Shown: positions 1 to 10,311 of the stretch, one piece after another
How positions within the stretch are numbered: the first letter of the stretch is position 1
Layout: every line of letters starts with the position of its first letter
Assembly (NCBI GenBank): GCA_963782055.1
Contig: CAWAIF010000003.1
Coordinates: 6,912,001 to 6,976,000, forward strand
DNA: 64,000 nt
DNA from: an uncultured delta proteobacterium
GTDB lineage: Bacteria > Myxococcota_A > Polyangia > Polyangiales > Polyangiaceae
Direction: 5' to 3'
Position numbers and translations under genes: made by a program
The notes under the pieces: model-generated
The model's database searches: none
Told to the model about the DNA's origin: nothing
What the model saw: the letters and a program-made list of their open reading frames with translations, nothing else

Positions 1-200
1 CGGGAGGTCGCGCGACCGCCACGCGATTCATACCGCCGTCGGCCAACTGAAGAGGCGCCGTGCACTCCGCATGCCGCCGTGCTCATGTGCAGCGCCGGAT
101 TCGCGCGGCCGCCGGTGCTGCGAGAGTCGACCGGTGGTCCTTCCGGCTGCGCCGCGGCCCGCCCGGCCTGCTGCGCGTGACCGACCGCTTATCGAGAGAC

Positions 201-839
201 TCATCTCTTCTTCTGCAGGGCGTCGACGCGGGTGCGGAGGGCGTCAATCTCCTTCTGCTGCTGCTGCACGGTTGCAAGAAGCATGCTGGTGTAGCCGTAC
301 TCGTCGACGTGCGTGCGGTCGGCCTGCACCGCCGGACTCGGATCAGGCTGGTCGTCGATGATGAATCCCAGGTGGCGCCTGGCGCTGGCGGGCTCCGCCT
401 TGTAGCGATACTCCGCGAGGCGCGTCCGGAGGGCCTGCTGGGCAAGCGCCTCGCGCTCCTGGTCGTCGACATAGTCGATGTCGGTCTTGAACGCCCGACG
501 GGAGATATAGCCCCCGCCGCTGCACTTGCTCGCGAGATCGCACTCACACTTGACGGTGGGTCCTCCGCAGCAGCAAACCTGGCCCGACGTGCACCACGGG
601 CTGCACCCGGGCGCGCTGGGAGGCTGGCACGGCGGTGTTGCAGCGTCATCGACCTCGGACGCCGGAATCGAGCCGCGAACCCAATCACAGTAGTAGGCCT
701 CACCGTCGCCCCCTGCGCCGCCGTCCGCGGAAGCTCCCCCCCCATCGGTCCCGTCTCTGCCTCCCCCCGGCGCTATCTTCCCGCACGCGGTAAAGAGCCC
801 GATGAGGAGGACGATGACAGGACGTGAGGAGCGGCTCAT
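201..839 (-). CDS. Cys-rich lipoprotein with C-terminal peptidase S74 (tail-fibre intramolecular chaperone) domain
   Basis: Lipobox LFTAC; Cys-rich segment; ISRRAFKTDI resembles the S74 cleavage motif; HLGFII..D and a C-terminal coiled coil (ATVQQQQKEIDALRTRV). ATG overlaps the upstream gene's stop (ATGA 836-839). Confidence 0.75.
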   Translation of the reverse strand: MSRSSRPVIVLLIGLFTACGKIAPGGGRDGTDGGGASADGGAGGDGEAYYCDWVRGSIPASEVDDAATPPCQPPSAPGCSPWCTSGQVCCCGGPTVKCECDLASKCSGGGYISRRAFKTDIDYVDDQEREALAQQALRTRLAEYRYKAEPASARRHLGFIIDDQPDPSPAVQADRTHVDEYGYTSMLLATVQQQQKEIDALRTRVDALQKKR

Positions 840-3139
840 GGCAAGACCCATTGTGTCGCGAAGACTTGCGTGCGGCCAGCCCCACCGTCGGGTGGGTCGT
901 TCCGGTTGTCTCCCCACGCCGGGATGAAGGCACCCGTGCCGTCCTGCGCGGCCGCCATCCCCTCGTAATCGCCCCAGGGAGTGAGGTTGCCGCTGTTCAC
1001 AGTGGCCGGATCCTTCCACGGCACGGCCGCCTGGTTCTGCAGGACGCTGACGTCGTCGACGAAGGCGTACGTCGCATCGCCCGGCCAGTTGTCGTCCTTG
1101 CTGGTGATCGCAACGACCACCGTCTGGCCGGCGTACGCACTGAGGTCCGCGCTGAGGTGCGCCCATCCGCCCGTGCTCGTGCACTCCTTGGGGAGAGGGG
1201 TGGTCAGGACGTTGTTCGATGTGTCCCGGATCTCCACGCGGAAGAAGTCGCAGTTGATGCCGCACGAGTCGGGGCAGGTCTCCCAGTAGTACATGCCGAG
1301 CGCCGCGCCCGCCGGACCTGTCGTGCTGTAGGTCGGGATGGTGACCGACTGCGTGATGGTGCTCTCGCCGTTGGTTGGGGAGGTCGACCCGAGCATGGCG
1401 GCGTAGGTCCCGGCGTGGACGGTCGACGTGGAGACGGAGACGGCGGGCCCGGAGGTGCTCCAAGACGAGAAGCCGCCGGTCTCGAAGTCGCCGTTGGTGA
1501 GCAGGACCGCCGGAGAATACGGCTGCGAGAGCAGCCGGCACGCGCCGTTGGTGGGCCACGAGGACCCCGCCCCGTTCAGTGCGGCGCTCCCGAAGAAGGC
1601 CTCGGTCCCGTCGCCCGCGTCGCCGAGCCGGCTGTCGTGCCATGCCGCAGCGACCTGGCTCCCTCCATCGGCGAGCTGCGCGACCGCGAGCTCCGGCGCC
1701 CACTGGTTGAGGAAGCACTCGGCGCTGTGATCGGTGTCGGAGCAGTACTGCATGTAGGAGCTTCCCGGCGTCATCGTCACGCGGCAGGCCTCCGCGCTAT
1801 GCGTCGAGAAGGATCCGGTGATCCCGCTGAGGTCATCGCTGGAGTCCCAGACGTGGTAGATGCGCTGCCCGCTGTCTCCGCCGTCGGCACCGGCGTGCGA
1901 TCCGGCGTTGATGAGCACGTGCCACTCGCCCAGGGCGTCGTCGTGAGCGAGGGCCATCTTGCCGCGGTTGTTGCCGCCCGTGTTCGTCCCCGCGTCCGAT
2001 CCCCGAAGATGCACTGCGCTCGGCATGATGCAGTTGGGCCACTGCGTGTCCTCCATCACGCTGATGGACCCGTCGGAGTTACCCACGCCCTGCGTCCACG
2101 TCTGGCCGCCGTCGACCGACGTGGCGAGGCGGAACTGGACGTCGAGCGTGCTGGTGCAGCTCGTGACCGTCTGGTTGCAGTTGAGGCTCGTGTTCTGGTA
2201 CGAGCACGCGCTCGCGCCGTTGTTGACTCGGGGGAAGCCCATCATCAGGGTCTCGGTGCCATTGTTGCACCCGTCCTGGCTCGGCGTGCTGCAGTAGGCG
2301 GCCAGGTTGGCCTGGGTGAACTTGACGCAACTCAGGCCACAGTCGATCCGCACCTCCTGCGGCGTGGAGGTCGTGATGCTGCCGTCGCTCCCGATGTGCA
2401 CCTTCTCCACCCAGTTGCGCGGGCCGCCGTCGTTGAAGACGGAGTTCTTGTTGTTCCAGTTGGTCCAGATGACGTGGGTTTGGCCGCCCTCGTAGTAGGC
2501 GACGGGCTGGTCCACGTAGCCGTTCGTCACGTTGGAGTCGCTGGCGGAGGACTGGAGGGTCGAGATGACCCGATAGCTGCCGCCGTTCGCTGGCCCCCAC
2601 GTCCGTCCGCCGTCGGTCGACGTGAACATCACGACGTCCTCGGGCAGCGTCGTGCCGGAGGTCGTGCTCTGGGCGAGGACGAGGTACGCCGCTATGCCCG
2701 CGTAGCCGGTCTGGACCACCACGGGATCTCCCAGCGTGTTCTTGTAGGGAGAGCCATCGTGGAGGTTCGTCGGCGAGCTGCTGAAGAAGCTGCTGTACCC
2801 CGCGGCGTTGTTCTGCTCGACGCCGGTGGTCAGGAAGGTCTGACCGTTGTCGGTGGACACCGCCCAGCCCATGACGCCGCTCCCGTTGCCGGTGCCGTCG
2901 TTGTAGCCCAACAGCACGGTGGGGCCAGCCGCGGCGTTGGGGATCCACGCGACGCTGGTCTCGCTCCCGAACGCCACCGACTTCTGCGTGGTCACGATGG
3001 TGTCCGGCTGCCTGGCCGTGCCGACCGACTCCGACGGGGCAGACGAGCACGCGGAGAGCGCTGCCGAGGATCCGGCGGCGATGAGGCCCGCGAGCACGAC
3101 GAGGATCCCGGCGCGCGACGAGGTGAACGTTCCCAACAT
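836..3139 (-). CDS. Secreted/lipoprotein with Asp-box (BNR, sialidase-like) repeats and a carbohydrate-binding-like domain
   Basis: Signal peptide ending LSAC; Asp-boxes STDNGQTF, STDGGRTW, SVDGGQTW; LTNGDFETG CBM-like start; GGAGG RBS before the ATG. Confidence 0.7.
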   Translation of the reverse strand: MLGTFTSSRAGILVVLAGLIAAGSSAALSACSSAPSESVGTARQPDTIVTTQKSVAFGSETSVAWIPNAAAGPTVLLGYNDGTGNGSGVMGWAVSTDNGQTFLTTGVEQNNAAGYSSFFSSSPTNLHDGSPYKNTLGDPVVVQTGYAGIAAYLVLAQSTTSGTTLPEDVVMFTSTDGGRTWGPANGGSYRVISTLQSSASDSNVTNGYVDQPVAYYEGGQTHVIWTNWNNKNSVFNDGGPRNWVEKVHIGSDGSITTSTPQEVRIDCGLSCVKFTQANLAAYCSTPSQDGCNNGTETLMMGFPRVNNGASACSYQNTSLNCNQTVTSCTSTLDVQFRLATSVDGGQTWTQGVGNSDGSISVMEDTQWPNCIMPSAVHLRGSDAGTNTGGNNRGKMALAHDDALGEWHVLINAGSHAGADGGDSGQRIYHVWDSSDDLSGITGSFSTHSAEACRVTMTPGSSYMQYCSDTDHSAECFLNQWAPELAVAQLADGGSQVAAAWHDSRLGDAGDGTEAFFGSAALNGAGSSWPTNGACRLLSQPYSPAVLLTNGDFETGGFSSWSTSGPAVSVSTSTVHAGTYAAMLGSTSPTNGESTITQSVTIPTYSTTGPAGAALGMYYWETCPDSCGINCDFFRVEIRDTSNNVLTTPLPKECTSTGGWAHLSADLSAYAGQTVVVAITSKDDNWPGDATYAFVDDVSVLQNQAAVPWKDPATVNSGNLTPWGDYEGMAAAQDGTGAFIPAWGDNRNDPPDGGAGRTQVFATQWVLP

Positions 3140-3271
3140 GACTCTGCCTCCCTGGGGACGAGACCCTCCCGTCCTCTTCGAGACCTTCGCGCGATCCGCG
3201 CTCACAGTGCGCGCACAAATGCAGCCTCCGGCGTCACACTGCCGTCACCGGCGACAGGTGGCACTCGTAGC

Positions 3272-3304
3272 TTGCAAAGCTCCGGGGGGGGGGGGAGATA
3301 CTCT
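3272..3304 (+). promoter_or_regulatory. Putative sigma70 promoter with a G12 tract in the -35/-10 spacer
   Basis: TTGCAA (3272-3277), 12 G at 3284-3295, GATACT (3297-3302), upstream of the response regulator. Confidence 0.45.
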
Positions 3305-3328
3305 GTGGCTTCGAGGAGGGCGCCATCC

Positions 3329-4039
3329 ATGGAGCCGGCGACATGCGTCTTGCTGGTCGACGACGACTCACTGGTGCGCTCGGCGCTCCGGCGAGAGATC
3401 CGCCGGCGCACCGGCGGATGGGACTGGGTGCTGACGGCCTCGGCACCAGAGGCGCTCGGGCGGATCGTGCGCGAGCGCTTCCACGTGATGGTGACCGATC
3501 TGAACCTTGGCCCCGGGAAGATGAACGGGCTGGAGCTGACGCGCGCGGTGCGCGCCCTGCCGGATGCCACGCCCGTCCTCCTCTACACCGGCCAGGACTG
3601 GACCGAGGCCGAGCGCGTCGCGGCACTGTGGGCGGGCGCGGACGTGACGATGTCCCGTCCGCTGGAGCGCCTGCAGGAGCTGTTCGCCCAGGTGAGGGCG
3701 CTCGGGAGGATGGTGCGCCGCGTGTCCGGAGAGCGGCCGGCGGCGCGGCCGCTCATCGAGGGGCTGCACCTGGACGGCCGGCGCGGCGCGGTGAGCGTCC
3801 ACGGGCAGGAACTGCCCGTCACCCCGAACGAGGCGAGGCTGCTCGCCGTGCTCCTCGCCGCGCACCCGCGCGAGGCGACCTTCGCCGAGCTGCTCGCCGC
3901 GCTGGACCACGGGAGGTCGCACGACCACCACGCGATCCACGCGGCCGTCGGGCGCCTGAAGAGGCTTGAGCGCGCGGGTGTGCTGATCGAGGCCGTGCCG
4001 GGGCTCGGGTACCGCGTCCGGGTGCGGAAGGGGGGCTGA
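3329..4039 (+). CDS. OmpR-family response regulator (receiver + winged helix)
   Basis: VLLVDDD, VTDLNL...MNGLEL receiver motifs; C-terminal IEAVPGLGYR; GAGGAGG RBS. Confidence 0.85.
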   Translation: MEPATCVLLVDDDSLVRSALRREIRRRTGGWDWVLTASAPEALGRIVRERFHVMVTDLNLGPGKMNGLELTRAVRALPDATPVLLYTGQDWTEAERVAALWAGADVTMSRPLERLQELFAQVRALGRMVRRVSGERPAARPLIEGLHLDGRRGAVSVHGQELPVTPNEARLLAVLLAAHPREATFAELLAALDHGRSHDHHAIHAAVGRLKRLERAGVLIEAVPGLGYRVRVRKGG

Positions 4040-4067
4040 GCCCGCCGACGGAACGACGCTGAGCATC

Positions 4068-4670
4068 ATGGCGAGCATGCGTGGTTGCTGGCGGCAGGAG
4101 AACGGCTTCAAGCACGGGGTGGAGCGCTGGGGCATCAACCAGCTCGACCGGCGCGAGACCATCGCGTACGATCGTGCCCAACCCGGCGCGGCGCCGACTG
4201 GATCGCGCGATGCGCGTCGCACAGCATGCATCCGCGAGGGAGACGCGCGGCGGATGCTCGGGCAGCTCCCCGACGAGGACCGGCGTCGGGCGCGAATCGA
4301 GCGCGACCTCGAGGATGCCATCGCGTTGCAGCGCCAGCTCGAAGAGCAGCGGCCGACGACGCCCAAGCACGCGCCGCTGCGCGATACCGAGCTCGCCGGA
4401 AAGCTCCGGCGTCACGAGAGCGGGAGCAAGACTGTGCTCGATACGCTGAGAATCGCGTGCGCGAACGCCGAGGCCGACCTCGCTGCGTTGCTGGCCTCGC
4501 GCCTGCCACGCGCGACCGAGGCGAAGAAGACGCTGGCCAACCTGCTTGCCGCGCCTGGCCGAGTACGCGTCGGACTACGGACTGACTCGGGCACCCGCGA
4601 CCTCCCCGCAGACTTCGGATCTTCGCAACCGGTGCCGCGGCGGCGGAGGGCGCTGGGAGGGATCGGATGA
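4068..4670 (+). pseudogene. Transposase C-terminal remnant
   Basis: WRQENGFK and LDTLRIACANAEADLAALL...LLAAPGRV resemble DDE transposase C-termini; no N-terminus present. Confidence 0.55.
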
Positions 4671-4686
4671 CCGCTGAGCCCAGTGG

Positions 4687-6212
4687 CTATCGCAGCGCGG
4701 AAAGTCTCGCGTCCCCGGCGAGCTCCGCTTCCGTCGCGACGACCACGCACTCCACCGTCGCCCTCGTCAGCGCGATGTGCATCCGCACCTCGTACGCGGT
4801 CCGCGAGCGCGACAGCTCCGTCACCACCACGAAGGGCCGCTCCAGCCCCTTGAACCGCAGGAACGTGTCCACCACGAGGTGATCCCCCGCGTCGAGCGCG
4901 TCCGCCCGGCGCACGGGGATCGGCCCGAGCACGTCGCGCGCGGCGAGCACGGTCCGCGTCTGCCCGCCGAGGGAGAGCACCACCTGCTGATCCTCGGCGA
5001 GCCCCGCGCGCCGGGCGCCGTCAATCTCGCGCAGGACGGCCGCCTCGATCGCGTCCTCGCCGGCCACGACGACCAGCCGCAGGCCCTCGACGGGCGCGCG
5101 CAGCAGCGCCTCCGGATCGATCGCGGACCGGTACTGCGCGGCGAAGCGGTCCAGGCCGGAGGGCGTGCGGTACGGCCGGAGCAGGCTGAAGGTCGCGAAG
5201 CCGTCCGCCGGCCCGTCGAGGTGAAGGCGGTCGGGCCAGTAGGCCTGCCCCTCGTCCGTGAAGACCCACAGCGGGCGCTCGCCCGCGAGGGCGCGGACGA
5301 GGTTCCAGTCCTCGAGCGTGAAGTCCTGCGCCTCGTCGACGATCACGACGTCGACGTCCGGGAGGCCGCCGCCCGGGATCACGCCGTGCGCCTTCGTGCT
5401 GACCGCGTCCCAGATCTCCCCGGTCCAGTCCTCCCGCGGCTCCTCCGACAGCGCCCTGCCCGCCCGGTCCAGCAGGTCCGCGGCGAGCTCCCGGACGGTG
5501 CTCGCGTCGAACCCGTGGGCGCGCAGCTCCGCGCCGAGCGCCCGGGTGAAGCACACGATCTTCACGCCCTGCCCGCCGGCCGCGCGCCGCCGCGCCGCCT
5601 CCATCGCGAGCAGCGTCTTGCCGGTGCCCGGCCCGCCGCGGATGACCATGCGCGGGTTGTCCGCGAGGCCGTCGAGCAGCTCCTGCTGCCGCGCGTCGAG
5701 CTGCACCAGCTCCGCGGAGCGCAGCGCCTGACGGTCGCCCAGCCGGCTCGCCTTCACCCAGCTCTCTCCCCAGAGGCCGTGCAGCGCCTCGAGCCAGCGG
5801 TCCGACCGCGGGGGGAAGACGCGCTGCCCGCTGGGCGCGAGGAAGAGCCGCTCCGCGAGCGCCTTCAGCGCCTCGTCGAGGTACTCCAGATCGTGCTGCC
5901 CGAGCACCGCGTCGCGCACGTCGCCCTGCGGCGCCGGCTCGAAGAAGGGCGTCTCCGCCTCCCATTCTGCAGCCAGGTGCCGCCGGCGACGTCGATGGCG
6001 CCGCTCTTCACCTCGATGACGAGCGCGCCGCGGCCGGGCACGCCGAGCACGAAGTCGCCCTCCGCCTCGACGCCGCCTCGCGTCCGCAGGCGCATGGAGT
6101 GCCAGGCGTACCAGCCCGCGGGGAGGCGCTGGCTGAGCGCCGTCCAGAGCGCGCGCTCGCCGGTGGGGCAGCCGGGGCGGGGGCCGCTGCGAGCTGCGAG
6201 CAGCTCCAGCAC
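4687..6212 (-). pseudogene. NERD nuclease + SF1-type helicase/ATPase, frameshifted near 5965
   Basis: EGDFVL...VIEVKSG (NERD) in one frame; GGPGTGKT, VDEAQD, FKGLERP, ALTRA in another frame. Confidence 0.75.
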
Positions 6213-6218
6213 CAGCTC

Positions 6219-7234
6219 CTACAGTTTGCTCCTGACCAGGCGGAACCCACCACCCGGGCCCGCCATCGTCGGAAGGCTCACGTCCGGGGCAATGACTCTG
6301 TTTGCCGCGCGACACCCCGTCGGCGTGATGTTGTACCCACCCCCGCGGAAGACCTTCTCGGGACCATCGTCCACCATGCCGCCGGGGTCCTTCAGGGCCG
6401 CATCTCCCCACGCATAGCTCGTGAAGTCGCTGCCGGTCCACTCGTACGCGTTGCCCAGCATGTCGTAGAGCCCGAACGCGTTCGGGGCCTTCTTGGCCAC
6501 CGGGTGGGTCAGCAATCCGGCGTTCGCGCAGTACCACGCAATCGGGTCCAGGTTGGCGTCGTCGGGGCATGCCTCGTTCTGCGAGGAGACGATGTCGCCC
6601 CCGTAGAAGGCGGTCGAAGTGCCGGCGCGCGCCGCGTACTCCCACTCCACCTCCGTCGGGAGCCGGTAGCCCTCGCACTCGTACACGGTCGGCGCATTCG
6701 CCGTCACCCCCGTGCAGACGCGATGATGACCCATGGTGCCCGTGCAGCCCTGCAGCACGTAGCAGGGCTGCAGCGGCGGATCGTGCGCGGCGGAGAGCAT
6801 GTTCGCGAACTCGAGCGCCTGCCACCACGTCACGTCGCCGACCGGGCAATCGGAGGCGCTGCAGTCTCCCCGTCCCGTCCGGCATCAGCGAGCTCGGGTT
6901 GTCCAGGCACATGGAGGTCCACTCCGCCTGCGTCACCTCGGTGCGCTGCATCCAGAAGGCGTGGGTCAGGGTGACCGGGGCCTGATCCTCGTCGTGCAGG
7001 CCGCGACCCGGCTCCGTCGGAGGCGAGCCGATGACAAAGGATCCCGCGGGAACCTCGACCCACGCCCCAGGGGCGGTGACCGCCGTCGAAGCGGCGGTGC
7101 AGGTCGCGGCCTCATACGGCTGCGATATCACAAGTCCGGCATCCGCCCCGCCCTCACCGGACGGGGTGGCCGGCGCGGACGATTGGCAAGCTGCGGGCAA
7201 GCCGGCAGTCAGCAGGCGGGAGCACGCGGGGCAT
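6219..7234 (-). pseudogene. FGE-sulfatase (formylglycine-generating enzyme-like) lipoprotein paralog with two frameshifts
   Basis: RLPTEVEWEYAAR, NAFGLYDMLGNAYEW, GFRLVR; extra C at ~6868 relative to the paralog; second shift at ~7215. Confidence 0.8.
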
Positions 7235-7339
7235 CGCTCGTCCAGCGTACTCCGTACGCGCGGCGGATGCTCGCTCCGCCCGATGACGGCTCCTCCCCGC
7301 CGGCGCGCCGCGGAACGTCTGCAGCTCCAGCACCGGCGT

Positions 7340-8368
7340 CTACAACTTGCTCCTGACCAGGCGGAACCCCCCTGCCGGTCCGGTACCTCCGAGGGGATTG
7401 GCGATGGGGGCCTGTTCCCGATTCGCCGCACGGCATCCGGTCGGCGTGATGTTGAATCCACCACCACGCTTGACCTTGTCCGTGCCGTTGTCCACGGTGC
7501 CGCCCGGGTCCGTCAGAGCCGCGCCGCCCCACGCGTAGCTCGTGAAGTCGCTGCCGGTCCACTCGTACGCGTTGCCCAGCATGTCGTAGAGCCCGAAGGC
7601 GTTCGGGGCCCTCTTGGCCACGGGGTGGGTCAGCGGTCCGGCGTTCGCGCAGTACCACGCGATCGGGTCCAGGTTGGTGTCGTCGGGGCACGCCTCGTTC
7701 TGCGACGAGACGATGTCGCCGCCGTAGAAGGCGGTCGTGGTGCCGGCGCGCGCCGCGTACTCCCACTCCACCTCCGTCGGCAGCCGGTAGCCCTCGCACT
7801 CGTAGACGGTGGACGCGCTGCTGGTGACGCCTGTGCAGACGCGGTGGTGCCCCATCGCGCCCGTGCAGCCCTGCAGCACGTAGCAGGGCTTCAGCGGCGG
7901 ATTGTGCGCGGCGGAGAGCATGTTCGCGAGTTCCAGCGCCTCCCACCACGTCACGTTGCCGACCGGGCAATCGGAGGCGCTGCAGTCTCCCGTCCCGTCC
8001 GGCATCAGCGTGCTGGGATTGTCCAGGCACATGGAGGTCCACTCCTCCTGCGTGACCTCGGTGCGCTGCATCCAGAAGGCATGCGTCAGGGTGACCGGGG
8101 CCTGGTCCTCGTCGTGGAGGCCGCGCTCGGGCTCGGAAGGCGGCGAGCCGATGACGAAGGAGCCCGCGGGGATCTCGACCCACCCTTCCGGCGCGGTGAC
8201 GGCGGTCGGATTGGGGACGCAGGCCGCCGCCTCGTGGGGCCGAGACACGACGGGGCCGCCGTCCGCCCCGCCCTCACCCGGCGGCGTGGCGGGTGCGGAC
8301 GACTGGCAAGCTGCCAGCAAGCCGGCAGTCAGGAGGAGCGGAACCACGCCGGGGACCACGCGGGCCAT
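7340..8368 (-). CDS. FGE-sulfatase domain lipoprotein
   Basis: Lipobox LAAC; TEVT, RLPTEVEWEYAAR, GLYDMLGN, RGG, GFRLVR motifs. Confidence 0.88.
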   Translation of the reverse strand: MARVVPGVVPLLLTAGLLAACQSSAPATPPGEGGADGGPVVSRPHEAAACVPNPTAVTAPEGWVEIPAGSFVIGSPPSEPERGLHDEDQAPVTLTHAFWMQRTEVTQEEWTSMCLDNPSTLMPDGTGDCSASDCPVGNVTWWEALELANMLSAAHNPPLKPCYVLQGCTGAMGHHRVCTGVTSSASTVYECEGYRLPTEVEWEYAARAGTTTAFYGGDIVSSQNEACPDDTNLDPIAWYCANAGPLTHPVAKRAPNAFGLYDMLGNAYEWTGSDFTSYAWGGAALTDPGGTVDNGTDKVKRGGGFNITPTGCRAANREQAPIANPLGGTGPAGGFRLVRSKL

Positions 8369-8639
8369 CGCGCGTCCAGGGTATCATCGGGGTGCACCGC
8401 GCGCCGGGATCCGGGATCGCCGCGGAGTCGGGGCCAAGAGATCAGAATGGATGCGTGGGGCGAGCACCAGCCCGCGGGGAGGCGCTGCTGAGCGCCGCGC
8501 GGGCGCTGGTGGACGGTGCCGACTGGTCTGGTGACTGCCCGGGAATGCGCTCGGCGCCCGCAGGCGTTCTTGCGCGCAAGAGAACTTGTTGGCGGCGAGC
8601 TTGCGGGCAACCCAGATTGCCCGGCGCATGGAGGTTCCT

Positions 8640-10226
8640 ATGAGCGACGTATCGGAGGCGATCAAGGCGCGGTTGGCCCAGCTGGGCTGGGACCAGAAGC
8701 AGCTGGCGTACGAGTGGCAGCAGAAGGTGAACAAGGGCACGGTGAGCACGTTCGAGACGCATGGCGTCTCCAGGCTCGTCAACGACGATCCCGAAGGTTT
8801 CGCGTTCGTGCTCGACGGCAAGGACGCCAGCGCGCGGCTGCGCGCCCTGGCCGAGTGGCTCGGCTGGGAGCCGGAGACGCTGAAGGCTCGCTGCGAGGCC
8901 GCGCGCGTCCGTCCCGTGCTGGTGCTGCATCCGGACCTGCCGCAGGAGCAGGTGGCGTTCTTCCAGACGCGCGAGCGGATGGATTCCGGGCGGCTCCGCG
9001 TGGTCCCGTGGGAGGGCCCGGACCTGAACGGCAAGACGCGGGAGGCGTTGCGCGACACCGCGAAGCGTCACGGCGATGCCGCGGTCGTCGTGGTGCCGCA
9101 CGACAAGGATCGGGAGTTCTTCGACGGTGCCGACGTGCGCACGAGCCGGATCGAGGCAAGTCAGCCCGGGTTCAGGCTGGTGGTGTTCCCGGACCTCACG
9201 CCGCCGCTTCCACCCCGGACGAAGGATGTCGATGGCATGCCGATGGTGGCGTGGCCGCAGAAGGAGCGGGAGTACCGGAGTCGGATCAAGGCCGCGGCGC
9301 AGGGTCACTGGCGGGACCGCGAGCTGGAGAGAGCACCCGACAAGCAGTGGGTCGACCGGATCCGGGAGGCGGACGCGGAGGGGACGCCCGCCACCTTCCG
9401 GCTGGATTGGTTGCTCGAGACGCCCACGGAGGGGCAGGTGGAGCGTCTGGCCCTCCAACTGGCCGTGGCCGACATTCCAGGCTGGCCGAGCGATCAGTCG
9501 TCGCGGGCGACGCAGCGATCGTTCGAGTGCTTTCATGGCGGTCGCTTGCTCGCGATCCGAGCACCTGACGCAGACCGGCGTGAGTCGGTCGCCGAACATC
9601 TCGTCGAGGATGCGCTCTCCTTCGCGCCGCTCGTGGCGTCCCTCCGCGCTGCGTGCGAAGGTCTCAACCCGTACCTGGAAGGACCGAACGTCGATGTCAC
9701 CGAGCTCGGGATCTCCACGGCCGTTGACGCGTTCACCGCAGAGACCGGGCTTCCGTTGCACTTCGACGCGTCACGGTTCCGTCCGGCGGTGGGCCGGAGG
9801 AGGATCGACAGTTACCACCCGGAACCCGAGCCAGAGGAGTTCCACCTTCGAAAGTCCACGGACGCGGACGCCGCCGTGCGTGCCTTGCTCGATGACGTGC
9901 TCGCCCGCGAGTTCATCCTACCCACCGCCTCCGAGACCGCCGTCTTCCAGCTCGAGGTTGTGCGATCCGCGTCGCTGGTGCACCTCGAGTCGACCCCGAC
10001 GAGGAAGGCGGTGCTGGCCAACATCGGGGCCGGGCGGGTCATGCGCGTGGACATTTTGCGATACGTACACGAGAAGCCCGGCCCGGTCCGCCTGACGCGC
10101 GGCGGTCTCGACGGTGGTGACGTGCGGATGCGGTTGTCGTTCGATGAGCGAAAGGTGTTCCACGAGCTGGAGGGAACGAGCGTTCAGACCGTTCTCCGGC
10201 GCAGGCAAGCGGAGGACGACGACTGA
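8640..10226 (+). CDS. Hypothetical protein with N-terminal XRE-like HTH
   Basis: GGAGG RBS; IKARLAQLGWDQKQLA...TVSTFE...LRALAEWLG is XRE-like; the remainder is unrecognised. Confidence 0.6.
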   Translation: MSDVSEAIKARLAQLGWDQKQLAYEWQQKVNKGTVSTFETHGVSRLVNDDPEGFAFVLDGKDASARLRALAEWLGWEPETLKARCEAARVRPVLVLHPDLPQEQVAFFQTRERMDSGRLRVVPWEGPDLNGKTREALRDTAKRHGDAAVVVVPHDKDREFFDGADVRTSRIEASQPGFRLVVFPDLTPPLPPRTKDVDGMPMVAWPQKEREYRSRIKAAAQGHWRDRELERAPDKQWVDRIREADAEGTPATFRLDWLLETPTEGQVERLALQLAVADIPGWPSDQSSRATQRSFECFHGGRLLAIRAPDADRRESVAEHLVEDALSFAPLVASLRAACEGLNPYLEGPNVDVTELGISTAVDAFTAETGLPLHFDASRFRPAVGRRRIDSYHPEPEPEEFHLRKSTDADAAVRALLDDVLAREFILPTASETAVFQLEVVRSASLVHLESTPTRKAVLANIGAGRVMRVDILRYVHEKPGPVRLTRGGLDGGDVRMRLSFDERKVFHELEGTSVQTVLRRRQAEDDD

Positions 10227-10311
10227 AGCGGGATCGGCACGCGATCGGCGGCCACCGAGGTGAGACGCGGGCGTATCCCGCCGGCTGCTCGCTGGATGTT
10301 ACGCTTTCGCC

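Noticed and set aside
824..3328. 1071-aa response-regulator fusion from the ORF track
   Set aside because: The N-terminal part is antisense to the Asp-box gene; the real start with an RBS is at 3329.
6219..7560. DGR (FGE targets plus Avd-like genes in the same window)
   Set aside because: Paralog differences include many synonymous non-adenine changes; no template repeat or reverse transcriptase in the window; the Avd-like genes are ~55 kb away.
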